A model generated the notes under the pieces. It did not search any database, was not told where the DNA came from, and worked only from the letters and a program-made list of their open reading frames with translations. Shown piece by piece: positions 49,695-61,711 of a stretch of DNA of 64,000 nucleotides (the first letter of the stretch is position 1; each line of letters begins with the position of its first letter). Origin of the DNA: Phallusia mammillata (Eukaryota); the NCBI GenBank assembly GCA_965637545.1, contig OZ281501.1, positions 6,572,001 to 6,636,000 of the forward strand, read 5' to 3'. The position numbers and the translations under genes are program-made.

Positions 49695-52600
49695 ATGGGG
49701 CATTCAGCACGACGACCGATCAGTATCAAGGCTGTCATATCAACAGCTGTAATCACCACCTTTGTGTTTCTGCTGCTTCAAACGCAAGAGATTGAAGCAG
49801 GAAGGAACAGATCGTCCAAGGGCGGCAGGCGCGGCAAAAACTCGTGCAAGAAACAAGTTTCGCCATGGAATGAATGCTCGAAGCCTTGCGGTCTTGGGTT
49901 ATCATCGCGTGTCAAGAAGAAGAGACATTGCAAATCGAAGCTCGAGACCAGGCTCTGCATCGTTCGACCCTGCGAAAATGACACCAAGGTAAGTTGTGTC
50001 GCAAATTTTTGATATGCAAGTTGCCTACTGAACATATTTCGGTCTTGACAAAACATATGGCTAAATAAAGAATCGAAAGTAGTTACAGGTTCCGTTTGCG
50101 TGTGTAAATTTCGGTTTGCCTAATATTTCGCTAGTGTTTTTTTTTTTCAAATTTCGTTTATTGTAAGGCTGCAGTCGGCCAAACACCGTCCCGAAAGTTC
50201 AAGCCCAAAACCCAGGCCGTACGCAAATTTTACACAAAAATCAGTCCGACTAACGTTTGAGGGTTAGATTTTGGAAAAGAAATTGCGACCCAAATGTAAA
50301 GTCGGGCCCGAATCAAGCTTGTTTTAATGTCCGGGGCGACTCTGCGCTTCATTTCACCCGTTCAAGTGGACTAAAAACAGTTTCAGACGCCTCAGCGCTA
50401 CTACCCAAGCCCCTAGTGCGGAGAAGTACGAAGATTTCTATTGTGCATTACCATATCACATAATTAAATTCAAAGACATCGTTTTTCATAACAGACATTG
50501 ACGAATTGAGGTTGAATTTGCCACTGGTCCCGGAAGTCAGTGAGAAATATGTTCGTTGCCACATAAACAATTTTCATTGAAAACGTGTTTACAAAATAAT
50601 GTAACCTTTACAGTTGTATATAGAGCTTGCTCAACAAAGATTGTTTATAAGTTACGGGAATTTGGCTTCAATTTGCGGGGAACAAAACCGCTGTTGACCC
50701 GATAACACCACGGAGCAGTAACATGAATGACACAATAACCTTGTTGGTTAGGTCAAAATCGTATTAAGCCCGTCTAGCGCCATGATTAGCACAAACTGTA
50801 AACCGGTTTATCGAGCCTTCCCATGTACCAAATTTACGCGCCCTGCTGATTCCCAGAAACACAGACAAAAGTCCAAATTGTTTACATTAGTAAAGGGCAT
50901 GTTTTGTAAAATACAGATTGAGGGCTATTGAGAAGAAGCTTTTGAAAAATAAAAGTTTTGAACACGTCCGCTTAAACTTAACAAAACAAGATTGATTTTA
51001 ACGTTTTAAAACCACGAAAGTGTGTTACGATTTGAGATGAAAACCAAAAAACACAATTCCATTGTTACGGATGGCATGCCAGTTTAAAGTGAATATATGA
51101 ACAAAGATAGCCAAAAAGACATATTGCGTGGCGATTGGAGTTCATTCAAAGCGCAAGTCAAATCTCCAAGCGGTTAGTAAAGTCAATATTTCAATTAAAG
51201 TGTCAAATGTTTAATCATCATATATGCGTATGTGAAACTACAAACTGAGTGATTGAGAGTGCTATCTGATCGCTTTTTGCACAAAACCATTAATCAGTTT
51301 AATTGGTGATTCACCGTTTTACTCTTTAACATTTTAAAAAGAGCAGTATTCCTTTAACATTAAGTTAAGCGTGGTGGTAAATACATTTGCATATGCGAGC
51401 AATCATCAAAGTTCTACATCAAAGTATACGTTAATGTGCGCATCGCAGTCTGGTATGCGAAACATGGTGGTTCGGTACAACGCCCTACAACGAGCGATTT
51501 CATTGATGTCGCGTGCCACACCTACGGACGATTAACGGCGGCTGAGCGGATGAGAAGGCCACATAAATCCGTCTGTACACCCAGGGGTGGCAGCGTGCAT
51601 GATATCATTTCTTTTCATGGGACCTTGGCACACAAGTGCGATATAGGTTGCGATTGTCGTTGCATAAACTAAATTTGGAAATAATATGAAAATCCATTTG
51701 GAAATGTTTGGCCAAATGTAAAGTTTTAACTGTAACTTTTGAATTATTTTTATGAAACAAATGCGTTACAAAGATAAAAAAAATCTAGTTTAGAAGTCAA
51801 TTGGTGTATAGGCCTGCGAATGTTTTGACGATTTTAAGTTATTTTGAGAAAAATGTGCTTTAAATATTGTTTAAGGGCAGAAATGGCGGACTGTGGTTTC
51901 GCATCAATTAAAATCTCAACCAGTTACTAAGCAAATTCAATACCTTCCGTAAAATTGCAATAAAACTTTCGTGGGGGTCGGTTGAACAGAAACTCATTGT
52001 TCCAATCGCAGTAGCGGCCGATTCAAGAAGGTGTTCAGCGAGGTTTCAACTGGTGGGTTTTTTCGACCGATTTTGCTTCGCAGCAGGCAAAACAAACAGC
52101 AAAAGCAATGAAAATCGAATCTTTCACGGGATCGCAAACAAACCAGATGTAACGGGACGTTCATAGCCGACGCATGCCCAAGAACCGATTTACGAGCAGC
52201 ACAATACATTGTCAACAAAACCCATTTGACTTACCACCTGCGAAATCTCTTAAATCAACCCCCTGCCGAGTTGGAGACAAAATTGCGTAGAATGGATGCT
52301 TTGTCGAAACTTGACTTTGCTTCGATTTTATTACGTTTTGACACAATAAAATCCAATACATTGGTGTTTGGCGATTCCAAGAATATTTATTCAAAATTTA
52401 AAAGATGGAAAGTCAAATAGATTTTTTCATGAAAGTTTATCGTTTTTCACCATTACCTCGGTACTAAATAATATATTTGTAAACATCGTTTTTCAACAAA
52501 AACGAACATACAGTTTCGTGCATGGTCAACACCAATTTTCAAAAAGACCAATGTACCTATACAGTTACACATATAAAATAGTTCAATACCTATGATCACG

Positions 52601-54941
52601 AAATTTAAAAAAAATTGTTTCATGTCTTTTCGGTAAACATGGCTCATCTGCAAGCGCATGTCGTGGTCGCCATGCGGCAAGCAGCAAAATCATCTTTTCT
52701 ACGCTCTGTCATCAGTCGCAGCTTCCACTTGCATTCAGGCGCCATTTGGCAACGCCGGCGCCTTCCCTACGCATTCCTGGCGCTCTTCTGCCAGTCACAT
52801 GAGAGCGCCGGCAAGTACGTACGGCGTCGTCGGGTCGAAGTTAAACACCAGAGTTTGTCCCCCTTTCGCCGCCGAAAGCCAATAAACAGTCATTAGGCGG
52901 CGGTCTTGGTGCCAAGGACAGACCCAATCTTGGGCGTTGAAAGCTCCCATTGGAAGATTTGACTGCAAACGCGTCAATGCCGTGTATCAATAAACGATGT
53001 GGCTTAACGAGTAAATACAAAATAAATTGTTTACGTGCTTTCGGAGCATGGTGATGACGGGGCACGTCACAATTGACTTGCGAATCACACGTAAACTTTA
53101 TACAGCATGTAATGAGTTTTCCTAAGTTTCAACTGCTTGTCAATTATGTCCATTCATAGACAATAGCGCTGCCACGTAGCAATGCGCCTCTCCGTCAACA
53201 AAACGCCACTGACGTTTGAGCATAATTCCATTGCATGCACGAGCGTCTTTCGCATTGGACAAACAACGCAATAGAAACCACAAGGCATCGGCGCGGAAAG
53301 ACGGATTTAAAATTACGGGTTCCTGCACTTTTTGCCCGATCCCGATTTCCGGGAAAGGAAAAAGATACCTGGACGAGCTTGGGCGATGACGTCATCGTTT
53401 GATCGAAAGCGACGAGGGAATTAGTTTCGGCACAGTGACGTATCCGTGGCAGGGGAATTGAGAGGATGTAACAATATCCTAACCAGCACAGTATATGTTG
53501 ACGATTACTCACTGAATGCGGCTGTGGGAATTTGCCTTGACGCACAAATGAGAAATATCTTAGTAGTTTTTCGCACCCACAATTATCACCATATCCTCGT
53601 TAATCTAACGGGGTAATACCATATTTGGTTGTTTGAGGCCTATAGGTTAAAACGTTCGTTTGCAAATCAAATTGAAAATTGACAAAACCACATTTTAAAG
53701 CAATAAACAAAAAATTCACCGTAATACAGTGACACTAATGTTTACCAAAAAATAAATTGCTCGACCAAATCTTTTGGTAAATAATTTTAACCACTGCTAA
53801 TACTAGAATGATTTCCATTGGCGATTTTCTTAAAAACCTAATTCTTAAGCACAAGTATATTTTGGTCGAATTACAGATCGACACCAGTGGGAATAGGACA
53901 AATAATGGCGGCTTCGAGCAAAAAAATAAATCTGCCGTAACTATTAACGCACCAATTACAGAAATAACTTCATGTTTGGCCATGACCGTGAAGGGAATTT
54001 TGTCATAAAACCTAAAACGAATTCAAAAAGGCCTTAAAAATACATATTAACTATATTAGTGATTTAGACTTTAGTCGACGTACAAACAAATAATATTTTA
54101 TCTTTTAGAAGCTTCCTACAACCAGGGCTTGTCAGCCAAACCTACCCAGAAAAGGGAGGGAATATATCAAGTACATCAAAGCAAAGAGTGAGAAAAAATA
54201 CAAGATGAGATATTGTGGTTCTTGCACTGACACAACCAAGTAAGTGATTCAGAAGTAAACTATGACCACAGTGCGTTAAGGCGCCCGTATATAGATGTGA
54301 AACTGTAGATGTTTAAACGTGATTCAATGTACAACAATTTAATTAGGTGTCGAAAATACCAATACGATTAAAAAAAACAGTAGCTTTACCAAAATTCTGT
54401 AGAAAATCTCTTATCTTTGTCATGTATTTTATTTATAGTGTGTTTTCCCCAAATCAAATGCTATATTTTCGGCGCTTTTGTTTCAATTAGGTTGCGTTAC
54501 AGGTCGAAAATGAAATGTCATAAACAGAAAAACAATGATTTCATTAAACATCTGAAGAAATCGTTGTTTTTCTCAAATGAACGCCTATGTTTCCCGCTAT
54601 TTAAGTTTCATGTATCATATACAAAAAAAAGAAAGATTTTTTTCTTTTGTGCTTCGTATTTATATTATTAAACACGTGCCTACACGTGCCTACACGTGCC
54701 TACACGTACCTACGCTTTGAGTGAGTGCTAAGGCCAAATTGTCACCAAAAATATTTTTTATAGATGCTGCACGCCACTTAAGAGCAAGACCAAAAAGATC
54801 TGGTTCGCTCGCGCAGATGGAACACGGTTCTCTAAGAAGATGATGTTCATAAGAAAATGTCACTGCCACCGGGACTGTCCGACCGACCTGGTTCCGGTGA
54901 TCCCGCTTCAACAAGACACGATCCGGCCGCCGAGTCAGTGA
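49695..54941 (+). CDS. CCN: CCN family protein B, apparently N-terminally truncated (SP-TSP1-CT only), 3 exons, 200 aa
   Basis: Exons 49695-49988 (signal peptide MGHSARRPISIKAVISTAVITTFVFLLLQTQEIEA, then TSP1 CKKQVSPWNECSKPCGLGLSSRV..C..ETRLCIVRPC), 54109-54239 (CQP..YKMRYCGSCTD), 54764-54941 (CCTP..MMFIRKCHCHRDC). Phases 0 and 2 match gene A; in-frame TAA at 49677-49679 upstream of the ATG; TATATAA at 49637-49643. Confidence 0.88.
53619..53628. promoter_or_regulatory. CArG box (SRF site) in CCN-B intron 1, near a perfect CRE (53387-53394)
   Basis: CCATATTTGG matches CC(A/T)6GG exactly. Confidence 0.35.
54673..54712. repeat. 10-bp tandem repeat ACACGTGCCT x4
   Basis: Directly visible; each unit carries an E-box CACGTG (last copy degenerate); the flank resembles about 56605-56630. 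Confidence 0.85.
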
Positions 54942-57900
54942 CGCCCCGGTGACAAGCGAACCGAATGTACCGAGCGGTCTCGGCCGGACCTGGGTCAGAT
55001 ACGGTTGACTGCGCCGCTGACATCCGGCCAATAATGACGACGCTGCAAAGGCCGAGCGCAAAACTCATTGACAAATGCACTTGTTACGTTACAAACACTG
55101 CGCACGCGAACAAATTTCAGTGGACCTCGGCGGACTTTATCCAATTTGTTATGTCTTGTTTTCGTGTCTTTCCAAATTTATTTTTTTGCTTTTTGGGCGA
55201 TAGTAGTGGCTAATGTAAGGATCCGGGGCAATCTTTTACGTTAATTCGTCTGTTTAATTGCTTTAAACAATTTCAAAAAAATTCTGCAAAGCCTGCCAAT
55301 AATTACTGTAAACTCAGGCAAATTACCATAGTGGATAGGATTGGATTGGCTTCGTATTTGACTGACACTGCTCACAATATAGTGCGAAGTGACAAATAGT
55401 GACAGGGCTTATAACCGAGCTTTAAAAGTTTAAACAGCGAATGCCAAGTTTCTTCCCTAGATGCCCCAGTAATGAAGATGACATTTCGGTCGGGTACGAC
55501 CAAATATACATCACACGGTAAAAATACAACCGAAAATCCATCAACGAATTCCAAACGTTTGATCCACGCAATAAAAGATAAAGCCACTGAGTCAGCTGAA
55601 TGTCAGACATACAAACTCAAGCTAATGACCTTTACTTCAAGAAAACAAGTGATATGTCGTCTAATCGGCAGTTGACATCGCCAAGCCTCAACACACCCCG
55701 AACCCTAATCTTACCCTTGTACGTTATCAGGTGGGCTGAGTTCGTTCACACGCCACAAACAGCGCAACAGTATTCGACAACCCCTTGCTCAAAACGCGAC
55801 CATCAGAAAACTGAAGACATGAGCCTAAAGTAATTTGTTACATTTCAAACTTACAGGGACCCGGAGGGAGCCCCCGAAGACCGTTGCCATTTACCCAACG
55901 CGTCTGTTATCACCCGCTGGGGCACAAGCGCAAATTGCTTCACTGGGTTACTGTTGGTCTTGCTTGGGGCACGCACGTTGGTCCTATTTTGTCAACGGTA
56001 ATTTAAATCCGCAAAATGGGTCCTGACTCAAGGAGTGAGCCTTGCACGCGAGCAAGTAACTTTCGACATACATTAGACATGCTTTCTTCGGCTACGAGGA
56101 CACAGAAAAACAAAGCTCCGACGCTCTTCGACCACAATGCATTTCTTCCACAATTGTAACCGACGCGTTAATTCATTTTGTCAACGTTACCGGCGCCTAT
56201 TTTACAAACGTTTTGACCACAACTGCTCAAATTTTGTGGAGAAATAGACTACAGAAACAACTTACCACTGAGCAATCTTATACGAATGTACAAATGATTT
56301 GACTCATGAAACAACTTTTACTTTGTGGTTTACCTGTTTTCACCAACTGATTATCATTCCGTTTATCAACCAAACTTTAAATAAAGGAATTACCAACAAG
56401 TTTCTGGTTATTTTAGAAATAATATTTATCGCCTTCTATCATTTTTGTTGTAGACCATTTGGCTCCCTTCTGTTGGTATAATGTGCACCTTACTGTTCCT
56501 ATTATTGTTGTTATTCTTTCTGTTTCTTGTATTTTCTCCTGTTTTGGATACAATCTTATTGTACATATTCTTTTTCTTATGTGCTTGGTATTTATTTGAT
56601 TGAACACCTGCCTACGTTTTAAGTGAGTGCTATTGTTGAAATGGTAATCTCGTTATTGTCTTTTGCCCCAAGTTGTCAATAAAACTTTGTCTACAAATTT
56701 TATCTTGTGAAAAAGTTTCCACGCACAAGGGCAAGAAGTTGGAACTAAAATGGTAGTTTTAATACAAGCGCTTTAAATGAGGGTATGGCTTAACGTAGGA
56801 TCCGTACAACTAGTTTTAATACGGCTAACCAAAATGCCAGTTTTGACAAACTTAAATTACATTTGTATTCTAGTTTTGACAAACTTTGAATACATTTGTA
56901 TTTTAAAGCAAAGGGTATATTTGCTGCTGCCAAGCATAAATGTACACACCACTTATTGAGATTTTATAATTCTTTGCATTTAGTAAAGGATAAAATAAAA
57001 GTATTTGCCCAAATTAGTGCCACACCATTTCAATGCTCGGTCAATACATTGGATGGTATTACTTAACCCCTTAACATAGCTGTGGGTTTTCACCACAATA
57101 GGAAGGCTAAGAATCATAAGAGGTTTTTGTAAAATTTGGAATAGGGCCACAACCGAAGTGACGGATAGAGCACAGTCTCCCATCATTTCTCAACCATTGC
57201 TATTTCAACGCGTCTATTCAGAAACAAATTTAAAACAAATAAACTTCCGTCGGCCCCTTTACGGGTGAACGAAGTAGCCGAAATTTTGACTCCGAATAAC
57301 CTTTGAATTTGATACAGAGGCATATGTACAGCTAGATTCGCTTAAGGTTTTTCCGTGAAAGACAGGCGATCGAAGAAGGCACGTACCGACAATGCAAGGA
57401 CTGCAGGTGGTCCACAAAAACCGGAAACATTTCAGTGAATATTCTCCTCATGTGAAAAGTCCCTTAAATTCGATTTAAGTTCATACACGAAGTTTCAGAT
57501 TCGCTTGGAAAGCTGTCAAAGGGCCTGTCAATAACAGACAGAGACTACAGGTGGTCCACAAGCGCAGTAAAAGCGCATGTGTGTTATGTTACGGGCTGAC
57601 GAACATATCCCCTCGTGATGGGTGTCCAACGCAACGTAGTCGCAGTTTCTAAAAAGGCGCGTGTGTCATACGGTTGTAGAGGATGCCACACACAGAGCTT
57701 CTAAACTGTCAAGAATCTATGCAACCTGATGGACTAAGGAATCCTGACTTTTTGGAACTGGAAGATTGGTTTCAAAATTTGTAACTCAGCTACTAGGAAA
57801 GAACAGAAACGCTCTACCCCCTTTTGAATTCACACAATAGGTTTAAAGCGGTGCGGTATCAGCAAGTATAAAACCCTGATGAACCAAACCATAGCGTAAA

Positions 57901-60166
57901 ATCAAGCATATCAAAATATTTGTGACTTTTAAAATTAATGCGATTGCAACGTTCTTGTTGTAACGTTGCACATTTTTTAATACAATATATTTTTTTTAAT
58001 ACAATAGCAAATTGCATTTCTTCAAAAGAGGTTTGTTTTGTGTCTTGCGACGCCTTTGCAATGAGAAAATTTACGTGGGATCATTACTACGCGACGCTCC
58101 ATTTCGGAACCCATGGTTCAAATTGTTTCATTTTTTAGTCCAAACCACACCTTGTCATCAGCAGAGTAAGCCTTAAAATACACAAGTGACGGACACTCGG
58201 CAACAGCCCAGCACGTAAACTTGTCTGGTTGCTTTTTGGCATGCGACTTTATGAGCAAGTGCATTACAGAAGGTGGATGTCTGTCGTCGGGCATGGGGTG
58301 TAATAGGGGTGCAGTGAATTTTTCAACTTATCGATAATATCTGCACCACAAGCCCCATGGGTGGTAAGGGTGGGGGGTATTTTAGTTTTGCACCCAAATG
58401 CCGCCAAGAAAGTAGAAACAAAAAAGGTATGATGTCAAAAACTACCGTCACAATTTGGCGTTTTTAGGGCATATTGTAGCCTATAACTGTGTTTTGCAAC
58501 AAATTTTGCCAGCAGAGGCTGTAAACAGTCGATGACATGGCCAATATTGATCTAATCTACGTTTAAATGTTGAATTTTCAAACTGAACCAATTTAGTCAA
58601 TTTGAACCCTTTGCAACGGTTGCACTAACTTACTTCTCTCGGGAATATTGGCAAATGCATCTACGTGTTAAGCCAATCGTTCTGAACAAGCAAATCTGAA
58701 CTCGTCGTCTAGGCATCAACAAAAGAACAATAGTGCCCTAAGACATCGCAAATCATCAGGACGAGACAGTAAAATAAATATGAATTCCTGTCGCAGTGAG
58801 GGCACTTGATAGAAGTGGACGAGTTGAGTGGTTGATATAAGACAAGTTCGTATATTTTACGTGCTTCGAGAAGATTCTTGAAACAAACACAAACCCGTGG
58901 TGCTTTCACGGATCGACAGGCAAGATAAACAATGGCTCTGTTTTCGGTAATCGGCGCAGCATAATAGACAAATGATTGACAGGTCAAATTTCGGAAAATA
59001 TGCTATTATTGTTGAGTGCACCTTGGCGCAGCAGAAATCGACAAATTAACCGGGACAATTGAAGAAAAATACTTAGTTAACGAAGAAAGTACCTCAAAAT
59101 ACATTAATGCATGTTTAAATATACAAACTCTGCAAGTATTAGGGCCGGGTTCGAGATTAGATTTTTTTAACAAACGAGTTTTTTTACATTCTCTGTCCGT
59201 AGTTTATACAAAAAATACCTAGTTAAGTATAGTAGCTTGCTGGACTTAACACAATGCCCAACAACTATGCCCTCTAATTTTATGTTTAAGCTGTTGTCCA
59301 ATGTGTATGTCCTCTTTACTATAGGCCTGTTATTCAAACTTTCAGGCGTAAACAGGCTCCTCAAAAGTGATTTGGGTTCGGGCATTGCTATTGGCTTACA
59401 CTTTCGGGTTCGGGCTAGAATTTCGGACCAGTTCATAACTTTACCCAAACTACAAGTCGGAAACCAAAACTTGTGGTTAATTACAAAATAACATTCTATG
59501 AAATTTTTAAAACCAAGTAGAACTGTGGTTAACTATATTGTACATGCATGACTGTTGAAAGCTAACACTAACAGTGCATAAATTACTGTGGGAAACCGTA
59601 ACAGGTATGTAGCTGAAATAATTACGACCACATGTTTTCATGGGTATGATGTGGTAACTTACAACGTTCACGAATTGCAGATTTTGCTATAATTATGCAC
59701 AAGCATATTTCAAGCATACCAAAATATGTTCCCATGGCACAAAAACAAATTACGATCTGCCCAAATTCCCCAGAAAGCAACAACAAAGGAGCGGATACGC
59801 AATCTCGAGTTCCGGGTTTTTAATCCCAGGCATCCAAACCGGATATCCGAAAAACCAGATGACGCAAGGCAGTTAAGGGGCCACAGGTTAACGGCCAAGA
59901 AAGAGGTTTCTTCTTAAGTTTCAACCAACACTTGGTGTAGCGTTGCCAAAATTAGCCGAGTGCCGAGAATAGACCGTGCAGTTAACGACGACATTCAATC
60001 CAACTGGAATGCCTTCCGTTAATCGCGTTTCCCGTGCAACAGGTGGGAGGCTTTTGAACCGGATCACCGCAATACCGCAATACTACCGCTGGCGCGGACT
60101 TTGGACAAATGTTTTCGCGAGCGATCGCATTTTTATCCAGTATACATAATAGTGAAGTTCAGGGGT

Positions 60167-60240
60167 CGGCAACCTATTTTGCATTGCGGACCGTTTTGAA
60201 ACTTAAATTTTTATTGCGGGCCGGTGTTCAACAAACAGAA
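60167..60240. mobile_element. Left end of a degenerate hAT MITE
   Basis: CAGGGGTCGGCAACC followed by GCGGACCG/GCGGGCCG subterminal motifs; no right TIR found. Confidence 0.45.
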
Positions 60241-61676
60241 AATGTTAAATTGTTACAGCTCATACAAGTTACATATTTGACAGCACATTCGTGTGCATGG
60301 ACTGCGACAAAAATGCTTTGAAGCATTTTGTTTAAAATGTAAGAATATGATGTAACTAATTATGTGCCAATCAGTAAACGGGAAAAATGTTAGAGAAATG
60401 TCAGCCAATGAGTAAACGGGAAGAGGTATTAAACTTAAAAGACTGAAAAATTGTTGTCATTTTTTCAAACATCCATAAGAAATTTAAACCCGGAAAGCTT
60501 TGTTCAAGAAAAGTACCCGTTTGGGAGAAAAATCATATGATCGTGCAAAGAATGAGAAATTACAACCAAAATGTGGCAAAGTTCGTTTACAAAATTCTAA
60601 ATCCAGACTCCCGCAAGATCAACAACTCTTCTATTTATTGGACGCATTTGTTTTGTCAATAACTTGAAAACAACACTAAGACCTAAAGACGTTTGTGCAA
60701 TCGAGCCGTAAAATGGTCATTTAAGTAATGTCATAAAGATTAAATGACGAAGATTACTACATGAGCTATGTACCCATGATTTAGTTAAGATATGTGTCGT
60801 ATTTAGATTTTTTGTACAACAGTGAATCATGTTTCACACGATATTTAAATCCAGAAAAAGACCGCGCAAGTCGTTTTTAGAAACCCTCATGGAAATTGAT
60901 AGGTTGCTTTTAAATGCGTACGTTGTTTCAAAATATACAATTTATCCACTTAAAATCACATTGTGTAGACTTCAAAGAAAGGTTTGAGTTTCGTAGACTG
61001 GCAGTACAAAATTAAGTAAAAAGAATGTATATTTAGCTCTATTTGTCACCCTTCAAACAAAACTCGTAACAACTTTACCGGCAATTTGTCAACGCAGAGA
61101 ACTGCAATTCAATCCAACATGGCACTTTGTGGGGATTTCATCTGTCATAGAAATGTCAAAAAGACACCGATTTTTTTGTATTTTTGGTCTGAAAGATTTT
61201 GCAAAACAGGCTAAGTAACCGACACGGGAACAAAGAGACTTACAACTTTGCAACGGCAATTGTTTGGTAAATGCACTAAACGCATTGGATATACTAACAG
61301 AGAGAAACAGTCCTGTGTAACCAAGCCGTGTCGATGTCTCGGCTCTATTTGCATGTTCAATAAGGGCGACTGCTTTTGTGTTTCGCCCGTTGAAATGCAA
61401 AATCTGCACGAAGCACTTGCAGTGATTGAGGTTAAGCCCAAATAGGTATACGTTCTAGGCCTAAAATAGAAGCCGTGTAAAAAGGGAGACGATTATGGGG
61501 GACCTTTTTTGCATTTTTCTTTTTTACATAAATCTCTCGTGTTTGCACATTTTCTTATAAAAACAGCTTGTTATACAGCATGTTTAAACTTTGAACCAGA
61601 ATCTTCCAGCTCATAGCTTGGTGGTTGAATACTACAATGAACCTTTTGCTTATTGATTCATCCTTATCAATTCAAC

Positions 61677-61711
61677 ATAAATATATTTGGCCTATATGGC
61701 ATCTTCAGTAT
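61677..61711 (-). ncRNA. Degenerate hammerhead motif (G12 replaced by C), related to the 24.3/26.0-kb family
   Basis: Minus strand ATA-CTGAAGA-T-GCC(ATATA)GGC-CAA-ATATAT-T-TAT: same U insertion, GCC/GGC stem II and palindromic stem III; one core base mutated. Confidence 0.45.

Noticed and set aside
56299-56620. Minus-strand Lys/Asn-rich frames as a possible GIY-YIG remnant
   Set aside because: No GIY/YIG motif; compositional bias explains the open frames.
57596-57640. CTGACGA followed by a hairpin (possible hammerhead)
   Set aside because: GAAA core absent (CCAAC) and no stem I or III.
61089-61445. Cys-rich frames resembling a piggyBac C-terminus or an OTU-like GNCL motif
   Set aside because: Short, interrupted by stops, and the similarity is too weak to call without a search.
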